Of a DNA stretch of 64,000 bases, positions 51,478 to 61,878 are shown piece after piece. A program made the translations under genes and the position numbers. Below the pieces are notes generated by a model. The model was not told the DNA's origin. It made no database searches and saw only the letters and a program-made list of their open reading frames with translations. Location of the stretch: the NCBI GenBank assembly GCA_963721525.1, contig CAVRJL010000006.1:29877-93876 (forward strand). Direction: 5' to 3'. This stretch comes from an uncultured Negativicutes bacterium. Lineage in GTDB: Bacteria > Bacillota > Negativicutes > JBAXTZ01. Position 1 is the stretch's first letter, and every line of letters starts with the position of its first letter.

Positions 51478-54144
51478 ATGGATAAAAAAAAAGACATCTC
51501 CTATAACCCTGTTGAGATTGAGGATAAATGGTATAAAGTTTGGGAAAAAAATAAAATATTTCACGCTATAGTTAATGAAAATAAAGAACCATATACTATA
51601 GTAATCCCGCCTCCAAATATTACTGGGCAATTACATATGGGACATGCTCTAAATAATACTTTACAAGATGTATTAGTTCGCTATAAAAGAATGCAAGGCT
51701 ATAGTGTACTTTGGCTTCCAGGTACAGACCATGCTGGCATAGCTACACAAGCTAAAGTAGAAGAAGTGCTCGCAAAAAACGAAAACTTGACTCGTTATGA
51801 TTTAGGCCGAGAAAATTTTCTTAAAACAATATGGGAATGGAAAAAAAAATATGGGAATTGCATTGTTGAACAATTAAAAGCATTGGGGTGCTCATGTGAT
51901 TGGGATAGAGAACGTTTTACAATGGATGAAGGTTGTTCAAAAGCAGTGCGTGAAGTTTTCAGTAGGCTCTTTGAAAAAGGCCTGATTTATCGCAGTAAAT
52001 GTATTACAAATTGGTGTCCTCGCTGTATGACAGCTCTATCTGATATTGAAGTTAAACATGTAGAAATCAAAGGTAATTTGTATTTCATCAAATATCCTTT
52101 TGTTGATAAAACAAATCAATTTATTGTTATTGCAACAACACGTCCAGAAACAATACCTGGAGACGTAGCAGTAGCAGTAAATCCTGATGATAAAAGATAT
52201 AATAATTTAATAGATTGTAAATTGAAAGTTCCTATTATTGAACGAGAAATTAAAATAATTGCGGATGAATATGTTGACCCTTTGTTTGGAACAGGAGCAG
52301 TAAAAATAACACCTGCGCATGATGTTAATGATTATGAAATTGGTCAGCGCCATAATTTGAACCAGATAACTATCATTAATAAAAACGGAAGGATGACTAA
52401 CAATTGTGGAAAATATTTAGGTTTAGATCGTTATATATGCAGAAAATTAATTGTTGAAGATTTAACAAAAGCAGATCTTTTATTAAAAGTGGATAATTAC
52501 AGTTACTTTGTAGGTCATTGTAGTCGATGTGAAACAATTGTTGAACCTATTATTTCTAAACAGTGGTATGTTAAAATGAAATTTTTAGCGAAACCTGCTA
52601 TTGATGTTGTAAAAGAGGGTAGAATTTCTTTTACACCTGCACGTTTTGCAAAAGTGTATTTAAATTGGCTAGAAAATATAAAAGATTGGTGCATTTCAAG
52701 ACAACTTTGGTGGGGACATCAAATACCTGTATGGTATTGTAGGTGTGGTAATATAGTTGTTTCAAAAGACAATAATGTTGATAAATGTCCTAAATGCGGT
52801 AATTTTATCCAACAAGACACTGATGTTTTAGATACATGGTTTAGTAGTGCTTTGTGGCCTTTTTCGGCTTTAGGATGGCCTGAAAAAACAAAAGATTTTG
52901 ATTATTTTTATCCTACTAATGTATTAATCACTGCGTATGATATCATTTTTTTTTGGGTAGCAAGAATGATATTTAGTGGTATAGAATTTACTAAAGACAT
53001 ACCTTTTTGTAATGTATTTATTACTGGTTTAGTTAAAGATGAATTAGGTCGTAAAATGTCTAAATCATTGGGAAATGGGATTGATCCCTTAGAAATAATT
53101 AAGCATTATGGTGCTGATGCTCTTCGATTTTCTTTAATAACAGGCAATACTCCAGGTAATGATATAAGGTTCTCGTATAGTAAATTGGAAAGTTGTCGAA
53201 AATTTGCAAATAAACTTTGGAACGCTGGACGTTTTATTCTACTAAATTTACAAAGTAGAAACAATGAAGTAAAAATACCAAATAAGTTAACTCTTGCGGA
53301 CAAGTGGATATTATCTCGCTTACAAAAAGTAATTCAGGAAATAAATAAAAATCTTAATAAGTACGAGTTAGGAGAAGCAGGGCGACAAATTTACGAGTTT
53401 GTTTGGAATGATTTTTGTGATTGGTATATAGAAATTTCTAAAATAACTTTATATAGTGAAGAAAAGCTTGTAGTAAATAAAACTTATATTGTATTATTTT
53501 ATATATTTGATAATATATTAAAGTTACTTCATCCTTTTATTCCTTTTATTAGTGAAGAAATTTGGCAAAAAATATTTAATAAAAAAGATGAATATGCGTC
53601 TCAAAGGTTTTTAGCTGTTGCTTCTTGGCCAAAAGCAAACAACGAGTATATAAATCTTGTTGCTGAATCAGAAATGAATTTATTAATAGCAGTAATTAAA
53701 AGCATACGAAATATTAGAGCAGAAATAGATATTTTGCCAGCTAAAATAATTGAAGCCTACTTTTTTACGGATGAAGAAGACAAAATTATTTTAGAAAATA
53801 ATGCTAAAATAATTTCCGTTTTGGCACATATAGCATTTCCTTTAAAAATTTTATCTAATTCAACTGAAAAACCAAAAAATTCAATAACTTCAATTGTTGA
53901 AAATATAGAGATCTATATTCCTTTAAAAGATATTATCGATACAAAAAAAGAAGCAACTCGTTTACAAAAAGAAAAAAATATATTGATTCAAAAAATAGAA
54001 AAAATAAATCATAAATTGGCAAATTCATTATTTATAAGCAAAGCTCCAAAAAAAATTGTAGAAGGAGCAAAAGAACAATTAAAAAAATATAAGCAACAAT
54101 TAAAAAAAACTGATGAGCGGATTAAACAAATTAATGCCATATAA
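51478..54144 (+). CDS. valS: Valine--tRNA ligase
   Basis: PPPNITGQLHMGH, PGTDHAGIATQ, ATTRPET, WCISRQLWWGH, DVLDTWFSS, KMSKS; SD GAGG before ATG 51478. Confidence 0.98.
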   Translation: MDKKKDISYNPVEIEDKWYKVWEKNKIFHAIVNENKEPYTIVIPPPNITGQLHMGHALNNTLQDVLVRYKRMQGYSVLWLPGTDHAGIATQAKVEEVLAKNENLTRYDLGRENFLKTIWEWKKKYGNCIVEQLKALGCSCDWDRERFTMDEGCSKAVREVFSRLFEKGLIYRSKCITNWCPRCMTALSDIEVKHVEIKGNLYFIKYPFVDKTNQFIVIATTRPETIPGDVAVAVNPDDKRYNNLIDCKLKVPIIEREIKIIADEYVDPLFGTGAVKITPAHDVNDYEIGQRHNLNQITIINKNGRMTNNCGKYLGLDRYICRKLIVEDLTKADLLLKVDNYSYFVGHCSRCETIVEPIISKQWYVKMKFLAKPAIDVVKEGRISFTPARFAKVYLNWLENIKDWCISRQLWWGHQIPVWYCRCGNIVVSKDNNVDKCPKCGNFIQQDTDVLDTWFSSALWPFSALGWPEKTKDFDYFYPTNVLITAYDIIFFWVARMIFSGIEFTKDIPFCNVFITGLVKDELGRKMSKSLGNGIDPLEIIKHYGADALRFSLITGNTPGNDIRFSYSKLESCRKFANKLWNAGRFILLNLQSRNNEVKIPNKLTLADKWILSRLQKVIQEINKNLNKYELGEAGRQIYEFVWNDFCDWYIEISKITLYSEEKLVVNKTYIVLFYIFDNILKLLHPFIPFISEEIWQKIFNKKDEYASQRFLAVASWPKANNEYINLVAESEMNLLIAVIKSIRNIRAEIDILPAKIIEAYFFTDEEDKIILENNAKIISVLAHIAFPLKILSNSTEKPKNSITSIVENIEIYIPLKDIIDTKKEATRLQKEKNILIQKIEKINHKLANSLFISKAPKKIVEGAKEQLKKYKQQLKKTDERIKQINAI

Positions 54145-55371
54145 ATTTAGTAAAAAGATAAAAAATAAGATTATCTCAGAATATGCTTTATTAAGCTTTT
54201 TTATTACACTTTCATTTTCTGAAACAATAGCTGAGTTTTTTCTTGTTATTTGTTTTATTTTTTTTATTAAAGAATATAAGAGAAAAAAAATTAATCCTTT
54301 AAATAAAAAACATTATTTTTCAGTATTAGTTTTTTTATTTTTTTGCTTACTTTCGACATGGAAATCTCCTACTATAATATATAGTTTAAAAATTTATGTT
54401 GAAACTATAATAAAATATTTTGTAGCATACTTATGCGCAGCTTTTGTTGCTAAAGAAAACGGCATAGAAAAATCTTTATTAACAATATCGGGTATGGGAG
54501 TAATTACATCTTTTATTGGTTTTAGTCAAGCTTTATTTACGAGGCAGATAGCTAATAAACTTTGGACAGATGTAAGTATTTTTTCTTTAATAAGGTTTCG
54601 TTTGTGCAGCACATGGGGAAATCCTAATATTTTTGCTGGATTTTTATTATTATGTATTTCAATTATTTTAGGCTTAATAAATTTTGAAAAAAATAGAAGT
54701 AAAAAATTTATTTTTTACTTATTTTTAGCAATAATGGCGATAGCTTTAATATTTACTTTTTCTAGAGGAGCCTGGTTAGCGTTTATAATTTTAATATGTA
54801 TAATTCTTTTAATAACAAAAAAAAAAAAATTCTTCTTTTTTTAATCCTTCAATTTATACTTTTTTTCTTTTTTCAGTCTTTAAGGTATAGACTTTTATCA
54901 GTACTTAATCCTATAGATTCCTCTTCTATTATGAGATTAGCAATATGGACAAGTACTATGAATATGATTTTTAATAATTTATTTTTCGGAGTGGGTTGGG
55001 GGTTTTATTGGTTTTATTATCCTAGATATGATTATTTATTACGAAGCGCTAGCTTACAGGTTTTTCATGCGCATAATACTTATCTTCATTATGCAGCGGA
55101 AATAGGAATTTTTGGTGCGTTAGCTTATGTATTTTTAATTATTTTACATTGTTCCCAAGTTTTCTTTTATAGAGAAGATTTAAAAGAAAAGATTTTATAT
55201 TTAAGTGTTTCTTGCGGAATATTTTCTTTCTCTATTTTGAATTTAACAGATCATTTATTATTTAACGGAAAATTATCGATGCTTTTTTGGGTATTGCTTG
55301 GTTTTCTAGGCGCAAAATTAACTAATACAAGAATTAAAAAGAGTAGAAGATGTGTAAGGCAAATAATATAG
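54134..55371 (+). pseudogene. O-antigen ligase / Wzy-C family membrane protein, frameshifted at an A13 tract (54817-54829)
   Basis: First half has R..STWGNPNIFAGFL and TFSRGAW; second half has S...RL.IW, GVGWG, HAHNTYL...AE.GIFG. The two ORFs overlap across the poly-A. Confidence 0.8.
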
Positions 55372-55464
55372 TAGTATTATTGATATTGCTTGCAAATTAG
55401 ATTTAACGAGTAACATAATTAACTGGGCTTTACATGTGGAGTAACAAGCAATTTTAATATTGTT

Positions 55465-55776
55465 AGTCTAGTTTTAAGCATTCTAACAAAAAACTACAAG
55501 GAAACTAATAATAATGGACGATGTTGTTAAACGAACTATAGCTGAAGTATAGAAAAACGAAATAAATGTATTAATTCATTTCTGGTCTGGTAATTTCCAA
55601 TATAAATTTAGTTATTATGAAAGTTTTTCAACCGGCAACGATTATATTTGAAAAAGGTATTTGTTGCCAATGTAGAATTATTTAATATACGGAGTGGTTT
55701 AAATAAATTTGAAATAAAATTTGATAGTGTGAATGAAATATATACCATAATTATAATAATATCATTAATATTTTAA
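55465..55776 (+). pseudogene. Relic of an anti-sigma-factor-like ATP-binding/Ser kinase gene of hydrogenase gene clusters
   Basis: Fragments DVVKRT..EV*KNEINVLIH, FSTGNDYI*K and FVANVELFNIRSGLNKFEIK resemble the family pattern as I recall it (EMNIVIH...FSTA.D.IRE.GFGAGMGLPNIK...D.F.I.S). Confidence 0.45.
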
Positions 55777-55785
55777 AGGTATAAT

Positions 55786-55900
55786 ATGAAAGTTATGTAA
55801 GCTATATAAAACGGCATCCGACTAAATTTGCCGGGATTTACTTGTATCAGGAATAGGAAAGTAAAATTATTGACAATCGTTATTAGGAATGTATCTACAT
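55786..55900 (+). pseudogene. Relic of the N-terminal 4Fe-4S domain of a hydrogenase-associated Fe-S protein
   Basis: Fragments YIKRHPTK and CIRNRKVKL resemble CIKRCPTEAIRVRNGKAKI. Confidence 0.35.
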
Positions 55901-56273
55901 TAAGTAAAGTTTACTATTATGAAGTTTTAATTAATATAATAATTAGTACAAAAAATAGCAAAATATGCCGAGAAGATAATTTTCTATATAAAAAAATTAT
56001 TGGGGGAAAATATAAAAAAAGACATAATAGAAAAAATACATGTTTATATTAATTTAAAGGTAAAATTAAATATTATTAAATATATTAAATGTAAAGTTTA
56101 AAAAGATATACCGATAATTTTAAGCGATGCTCATATAATTGGAAATTAGGATATATATGTAGATTGAAAAATTTGTTTTATTAATACATAAAGTATATAA
56201 TATAAACTGCATTGCCTGAATAATTTTTACATATTATATTGTTTATTGTGGTAAAAAATATAAGGAGAAAGAT

Positions 56274-56777
56274 ATGTCTTATGAAAATCAAAAAGATAAA
56301 TTTTGTTGTGGTGGATGCGCTATAACAACTTCTATATCTAAAGTTGACAATATATTAGCTAAATACGTTGATATAGAAGAATCATTAATTTCCATTTTAC
56401 AAGAAATACAAAATAAATATAGATACTTACCTAAGAATGTTTTACAATATATTTCACAAAAAACTGGAATCCCAATTAGTAAAATATACGGAGTAGTGAC
56501 TTTTTATTCTCAATTTCATCTTAAACCTCGAGGTAAACACGTAATACGCGTTTGTCAAGGTACTGCTTGCCATATACGAGGTGGAAAAATAATATTAAAA
56601 AAATTAGAAGAGTTATTAAATATTAAAGCTGGCCAAACAACGCAAGATTTAAAATTTACACTTGAAACAGTAGCTTGCATTGGAGCATGCGGATTAGCAC
56701 CTGTAATGATGATTAACGATGATACCTATGGTAGATTAGAATTGGAAAAACTTTTTGAAATTATACAAAAATATTAA
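56274..56777 (+). CDS. hndA: [FeFe]-hydrogenase NuoE-like [2Fe-2S] subunit (HndA/HydC)
   Basis: LI.ILQEIQ..YRYLP, IYGVVTFYSQF, VCQGTACH, VACIGACGLAPVM. Confidence 0.92.
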   Translation: MSYENQKDKFCCGGCAITTSISKVDNILAKYVDIEESLISILQEIQNKYRYLPKNVLQYISQKTGIPISKIYGVVTFYSQFHLKPRGKHVIRVCQGTACHIRGGKIILKKLEELLNIKAGQTTQDLKFTLETVACIGACGLAPVMMINDDTYGRLELEKLFEIIQKY

Positions 56778-56782
56778 TGAAA

Positions 56783-56935
56783 ATGGACGAATTATCTTTA
56801 CATATCCGGAATTAAGTAAACAATAATAATATTGTTACAAAAGCTAAAAAAAGAGTTTTAATTTTAGAAAAAATTTATCAAAAGACAAACTGCGATACTT
56901 GTAAAATTGGAGCGGGATTTACTCTTATTATAGAT
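56783..56935 (+). pseudogene. Relic of the histidine-kinase-like ATPase normally found between hydC and hydD
   Basis: MDELSLHIRN* and a later KIGAGFTLI resemble MxELSLHILD...KVGLGLPLL; the position matches. Confidence 0.5.
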
Positions 56936-57015
56936 ATATAAATATTTACGAAGGGATTTTTAATGAAAAATATAGATATATAAATATTTACGAAGGGATT
57001 TTTAATGAAAAATAT
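56929..57015. repeat. Exact 42-bp tandem duplication covering the RBS and start of hndB
   Basis: tatagatatataaatatttacgaagggatttttaatgaaaaa at 56929-56970 and 56971-57012. Confidence 0.95.
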
Positions 57016-57370
57016 TAAAGAATTAGAAGAATTGCGTAAAAAGTTAAAAACTGAATATTCAGTACATAAAGAAACTGTAATAAAAATTATTATAGGTATG
57101 GGAACGTGTGGAATAGCGGCAGGAGCTAAAAAAATAATGAACTACATATTAGAGGAAATTAATAAACGAAATATTTCTGGAATTGAAGTAACACAAACAG
57201 GATGTATTGGAATGTGTATGCATGAGCCATTGGTGGATATTATAAATAAAGGGGGCCCACGAGTCACGTACGGACGTGTTACGCAGGATATCGCTTACAG
57301 AATTATTTCCGAATATATTATTAATAGCCGAATAATTGAAGATGCAGTTATAGGTAAAATTGAAGAATAA
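57005..57370 (+). CDS. hndB: Thioredoxin-like [2Fe-2S] ferredoxin subunit (HndB/HydD)
   Basis: IGMGTCGIAAGA, QTGCIGMC..EP.V, VTYG.V. Confidence 0.9.
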   Translation: MKNIKELEELRKKLKTEYSVHKETVIKIIIGMGTCGIAAGAKKIMNYILEEINKRNISGIEVTQTGCIGMCMHEPLVDIINKGGPRVTYGRVTQDIAYRIISEYIINSRIIEDAVIGKIEE

Positions 57371-57391
57371 TTTTAGAGGTTAAAATTTAAA

Positions 57392-59182
57392 ATGCAACAA
57401 ATAAACGCTTATATATTAATGTGTGCAGGAACAAGTTGTGTATCTTCGGGTTCTAAAAAAGTTTTTATTGCTTTTCAAAATGAATTGATTACAAGAGGTT
57501 TAGACAAAAAAATCAAACTTGCGCAAATAGGATGTCATGGTTTTTGTGAAATGGGGCCAATTGTAGGAATTTATCCTGAAGGAACATTCTATGTTCATGT
57601 AAATGAAAGCGACGTTTCTCAGATTATAGAACGATATTTATGTGAAGGAAGAATAGTTAAAAAATTATTTTATAAAGAACCGTTAACTCTTGAGAAAATT
57701 CCTAAATATAGCGAGATTGGATTTTATAAAAAACAAGTGCGAATAATACTTAATAATTGTGGGAAAATAAATCCAGAATCAGTTGATCAATATATAGCTA
57801 ATGATGGATATGCAGCTTTAGAAAAAGTGTTAACAAAGATGCAACCTCAAGAAGTTATAGATGAGATAATTAAATCAGAGTTACGTGGACGAGGTGGCGG
57901 AGGTTTCCCTACCGGTATAAAATGGAGTTTTACTAAAAATGCTCCTGGAGATAAAAAATATGTTATTTGCAATGCTGATGAAGGAGATCCAGGAGCATTT
58001 ATGGATAGGGCAGTAGCAGAAGGAGATCCACATAATATTATTGAAGGTATGGCTATATGTGGATATTCAATAGGCGCTGATGAAGGTTATATTTATTGCC
58101 GTGCAGAATATCCGTTAGCTATCAAAAGATTAAAAACAGCAATAGCTAGTGCTGAGAAAATGAGATTATTAGGAAATAATATACTTGGTACCGGTTTTAA
58201 TTTTAAAATAACAATCAAAGAAGGCGCAGGGGCTTTTATATGCGGTGAAGAAACTGCGTTAATAGCTTCTATTGATGGAAAACGTGGAATGCCCATTCCA
58301 CGACCGCCTTTTCCATCAATACAGGGATTATGGAATAAACCTACAAATATAAATAATGTCGAAACATTTGCAAATATTTCTCATATTATTATAAAAAGCG
58401 CTAATTATTATTCTTCAATAGGTACTAAAAAATCTAAAGGAACAAAGCTATTCGCTTTGACCGGAAAAATTCATAACACTGGCTTAATTGAAGTTCCTAT
58501 GGGTATATCAATGCGCGAAGTAATCTATGATATAGGTGGCGGAATAGCAGATGGTAAAAATTTTAAGGCAGTTCAAATAGGTGGTCCTTCAGGTGGATGC
58601 TTACCAGAAAGTTTACTTGATTTAACCATTGACTATGATTCATTAACTAACGCTGGTGCTATGATGGGATCAGGTGGTTTAGTTGTTATGGATGAATCCA
58701 CTTGCATGGTAGATTTAGCTAAATTTTTTTTAACTTTTACACAAACTGAATCGTGTGGAAAATGCACTCCTTGTCGAGAGGGTACAAAAAGAATGTTGGA
58801 AATTCTAATAAATATTACTGAAGGGAAAAGTAATAAAGGAGACATTGAATTATTGGAAACTCTTGCTAAAAATATAAAAAATACTTCTTTGTGTGGGCTT
58901 GGACAAACCGCTCCTAATCCAGTATTATCTACATTAAAATATTTTCGATTAGAATATGCAGAACATATTGAACAAAAATCTTGTCCTGCCGGAGTTTGTA
59001 GTAATTTATTAAAAATAAAGATAACTGAAAAATGTAAAGGTTGCGGGTTATGTAAAAAAATTTGTTCGTTAAATGCTATAAGTGGAGAAACTAAAGAACA
59101 ACATACAATTGATCAAAGTAAATGTATCAAATGTGGTACTTGTATTGCTAAATGTCCATTTAAAGCAATTATCAAAGGTTAA
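57392..59182 (+). CDS. hndC: [FeFe]-hydrogenase NuoF-like FMN/NAD subunit (HndC/HydB)
   Basis: LRGRGGGGFPTG, CNADEGDPGAFMDR, GAGAFICGEETAL, GGPSGGC, ESCGKCTPCREG; C-terminal 2x[4Fe-4S]. Confidence 0.95.
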   Translation: MQQINAYILMCAGTSCVSSGSKKVFIAFQNELITRGLDKKIKLAQIGCHGFCEMGPIVGIYPEGTFYVHVNESDVSQIIERYLCEGRIVKKLFYKEPLTLEKIPKYSEIGFYKKQVRIILNNCGKINPESVDQYIANDGYAALEKVLTKMQPQEVIDEIIKSELRGRGGGGFPTGIKWSFTKNAPGDKKYVICNADEGDPGAFMDRAVAEGDPHNIIEGMAICGYSIGADEGYIYCRAEYPLAIKRLKTAIASAEKMRLLGNNILGTGFNFKITIKEGAGAFICGEETALIASIDGKRGMPIPRPPFPSIQGLWNKPTNINNVETFANISHIIIKSANYYSSIGTKKSKGTKLFALTGKIHNTGLIEVPMGISMREVIYDIGGGIADGKNFKAVQIGGPSGGCLPESLLDLTIDYDSLTNAGAMMGSGGLVVMDESTCMVDLAKFFLTFTQTESCGKCTPCREGTKRMLEILINITEGKSNKGDIELLETLAKNIKNTSLCGLGQTAPNPVLSTLKYFRLEYAEHIEQKSCPAGVCSNLLKIKITEKCKGCGLCKKICSLNAISGETKEQHTIDQSKCIKCGTCIAKCPFKAIIKG

Positions 59183-59197
59183 AGGAGTCAAGTAAAA

Positions 59198-60097
59198 ATG
59201 GATATGATAAGGTTAAGTATTGATAATCGCAAAATAATCATGCCTAAAGATTTAATGATTATTGAAGCGGCTGAAGCAGTTGGTATAAAAATACCGTCGC
59301 TATGTTATCATCCAGAATTAATATCTGAAGGGACATGTAGAGTTTGTATGGTTAGTGTAAAAGGAGTACGTTCATTAGTAGCATCTTGTGTATATCCAAT
59401 AGCAGAGGGAATGGAAGTGCGTACGAACACAGGCGATGTTTTAGAAGCTCGAAAAACAGTAGTAGAATTATTATTGGCAAATCACCCTAGAGATTGTTTT
59501 ACTTGCCAGCGAAATACTGATTGTGAGTTGCAAACAATTGCAGCTAATTTAGGTATACGAAAAATTAGATTTCAGGGAGAAAAGAAAAATTATTCTCTTG
59601 ATTGGAATAATCCGGCACTTATACGCGATCAAAATAAATGTATAATTTGCAGACGTTGTGTTCGTGTATGCAGTGATATACAAGAAATGCATGTGTATAG
59701 TTCGATAAATCGGGGGTTTACGACTAAAATTGCTCCTGCATTTGATGAAGGACTTGATAAAGTTGCTTGTACATATTGTGGGCAATGCGCAAGTGTATGC
59801 CCTACAGCGGCGATAGTAGAACGTTCTTTTATCGGAAAAGTGTTCGATGCTTTGACCAATTCAAACAAACATGTTGTTGTACAAACTGCTCCTGCGGTAA
59901 GAGTGGCATTAGGGGAGGAGTTTGGTATTGACGCAGGTGAAATAAGTACAGGCAAAATGGTAGCTTCATTAAGGAGATTAGGATTTGATAAAGTATTTGA
60001 TACAACTTTTGCTGCAGATTTAACAATTGTTGAGGAAGCAGCAGAATTTTTAGAGCGATTAGAACGTGGTGGTAAGTTTCCTATGATAACTTCATGT
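59198..60097 (+). CDS. hndD: [FeFe]-hydrogenase catalytic subunit (HndD/HydA), 3' truncated at the compositional junction
   Basis: IPSLCYHP, CRVCMV, HPRDCFTC, CIICRRCVRVC, CTYCGQCASVCP, QTAPAVRVALGE, ADLTIVEE. Sequence breaks off at PMITSC, the start of H-cluster motif L1. Confidence 0.9.
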
Positions 60098-61878
60098 CCA
60101 TGGCTTGCAGAATTTGACGGTTTTTCAGGTTGGCCTCGGGAACCTTGAAAAAGGACGGGAATATGCAATCCGGCTGTTTGACCTTGCGAAGGATGCAGAT
60201 CAGGAATCGCTGGCGAACGATCTCGCCGTGATCGCACTCGCTGTTGTTGAAGACAACGAGCGCCTCTGGGAATTGGCGCAACGCTACTTGCATTGGCGCG
60301 TGAATGCGCTGGATTCAACCTGCTGGCATTGTCTGGCTGTAGCAGCCTGCAGGCTGGGAAAATTCAAGGAAGCGGGAAAACTCTTGAAACGGGCTGAGAG
60401 CAGGAATGAAAATGTCGAGATCGAGGATCTGCGGGATGATATTGCTGCCGTCGTAAAAAATGGGAAAGAGGAATTATCCTGGCTGCCCATATACCCGGTA
60501 CACAATCTGTTTTTTCCAAAACATTTGATGGAGGATCGGCTTGAAATTATCAAAAACTGAAGGTGACAAACCTTCGCCCGGCCAGCAGCGCCAGATCGAT
60601 GCCATCTTCTTCAGGCATCCTTATATTCTGCAGGCTTTCAAACGCTTCTTATGGACCAAAGAGGGTTGTCAGGCGGGTGCAAGTGCATTGGTCATGGCCA
60701 ACAGGCCCGATATGGATGCAGAGGTTTTGCGTTTTGCTTTGAGCAATTATGGTGATAACCACAGCCGCATGGATGCGATCATGATGTTATCCAAGGCCGG
60801 CAGGTATTCCCCGGATGGCCCGGTTCGTTTCTGGGATGCAGATAAAAACGAATGGCATGATGTGCTGCTGTTTTCCCAGCAGGTCGGGGAGGTGGATACC
60901 AGGTCAAGCCTGATACTGCGGGACCTGATCGCTCGCAGCCGGAAAACAAAAAGCCCGGAAAAGGCCATCGCCCTGCTGCGGCGCGCCGTTGAGAATGATC
61001 CTGCATGCGCCATGGCGCTGCATAACCTTGGCACGCTTCTTCTCCAGAATGGTGAAGCAGAGGAGGGGGAGAAATGGGTGCGACAGGCTGTTGAAGTCGA
61101 CCCGACATACACCTTTGGGTTCGCCAATCTTGCTTTCCTGGAAGCGCAGCGTGAAAATGAAGAGGCTGCCTTGGATTTTTTATTATGCAGGTTAAATAAG
61201 GCCAGAGTGATCTCCCCTGCCACCTCCGTGATCGCCAACTTTGCGTATATGTTGCTCGCTGTTCAGAAACGGGATATTGAACAGGCCCGCCGCCATTTCG
61301 ACCTGGCCAGGGAGATTGATCCGGGACACCCCTTGCTTAAAGAGTACGAGGACTGGCTGGATGAAGTGGAAATGTTCTCAGACAGCTTCGGTTCCCTGGC
61401 CGATTACCAAAAGCAAAGCGCCGAGCGTTTTCACCGTAAGATGCTTAATACGCAATTGGCAATCGATACCACCCTGGAGACCTGTCTTGCAGCGCAGACC
61501 ACCGATGCTCTGGGAGCCATGTGCCAGTTCTGGAAAACCATTGGGTATGGCAAAAAGCAGGAGAAAGTATCCCGGCTGGCAGGGCGTATCATGGATGCCG
61601 ACATTTTCAAGGGCATGGTTAGCGATCTGGGAGATGAAGAACGCTCTGCGCTGCGCTGGGTATTGGATGGCGGTGGTTTTCGCCCCTGGGGGGAATTCAC
61701 GCAGAGATTTGGCGATGATATGGATGAGTCACCTTACTGGCAATGGCGTGAGCCTGAAAGCATCCCAGGCCGGCTAAAGCGAACGGGACTGCTGCATGTC
61801 GGAACGCTAAATGGATCACCAGTGGCTTTTATCCCTGCAGATATACGCGAGCAGGTTTCAGGGATTTTGTCTGGGTAA
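60098..61878 (+). CDS. TPR-repeat protein, 5' truncated and frameshifted near 60552-60556 (ORFs 60105-60560 and 60541-61878)
   Basis: TPR-like units WHCLAVAACRLGKFKEA, ALHNLGTLLLQNGEAEEG, FANLAFL. Removing one A from AAAAA joins LEIIK to TEGDKP. Confidence 0.6.

Noticed and set aside
55828-56052. 74-aa ORF as a real gene
   Set aside because: TTG start with no SD and low-complexity K/N/I content; better explained as pseudogene debris.
59629-60318. 229-aa minus-strand ORF, and the PWLAEFDGFSGWPREP tail of HndD
   Set aside because: Both span the compositional junction and are artefacts of the join.
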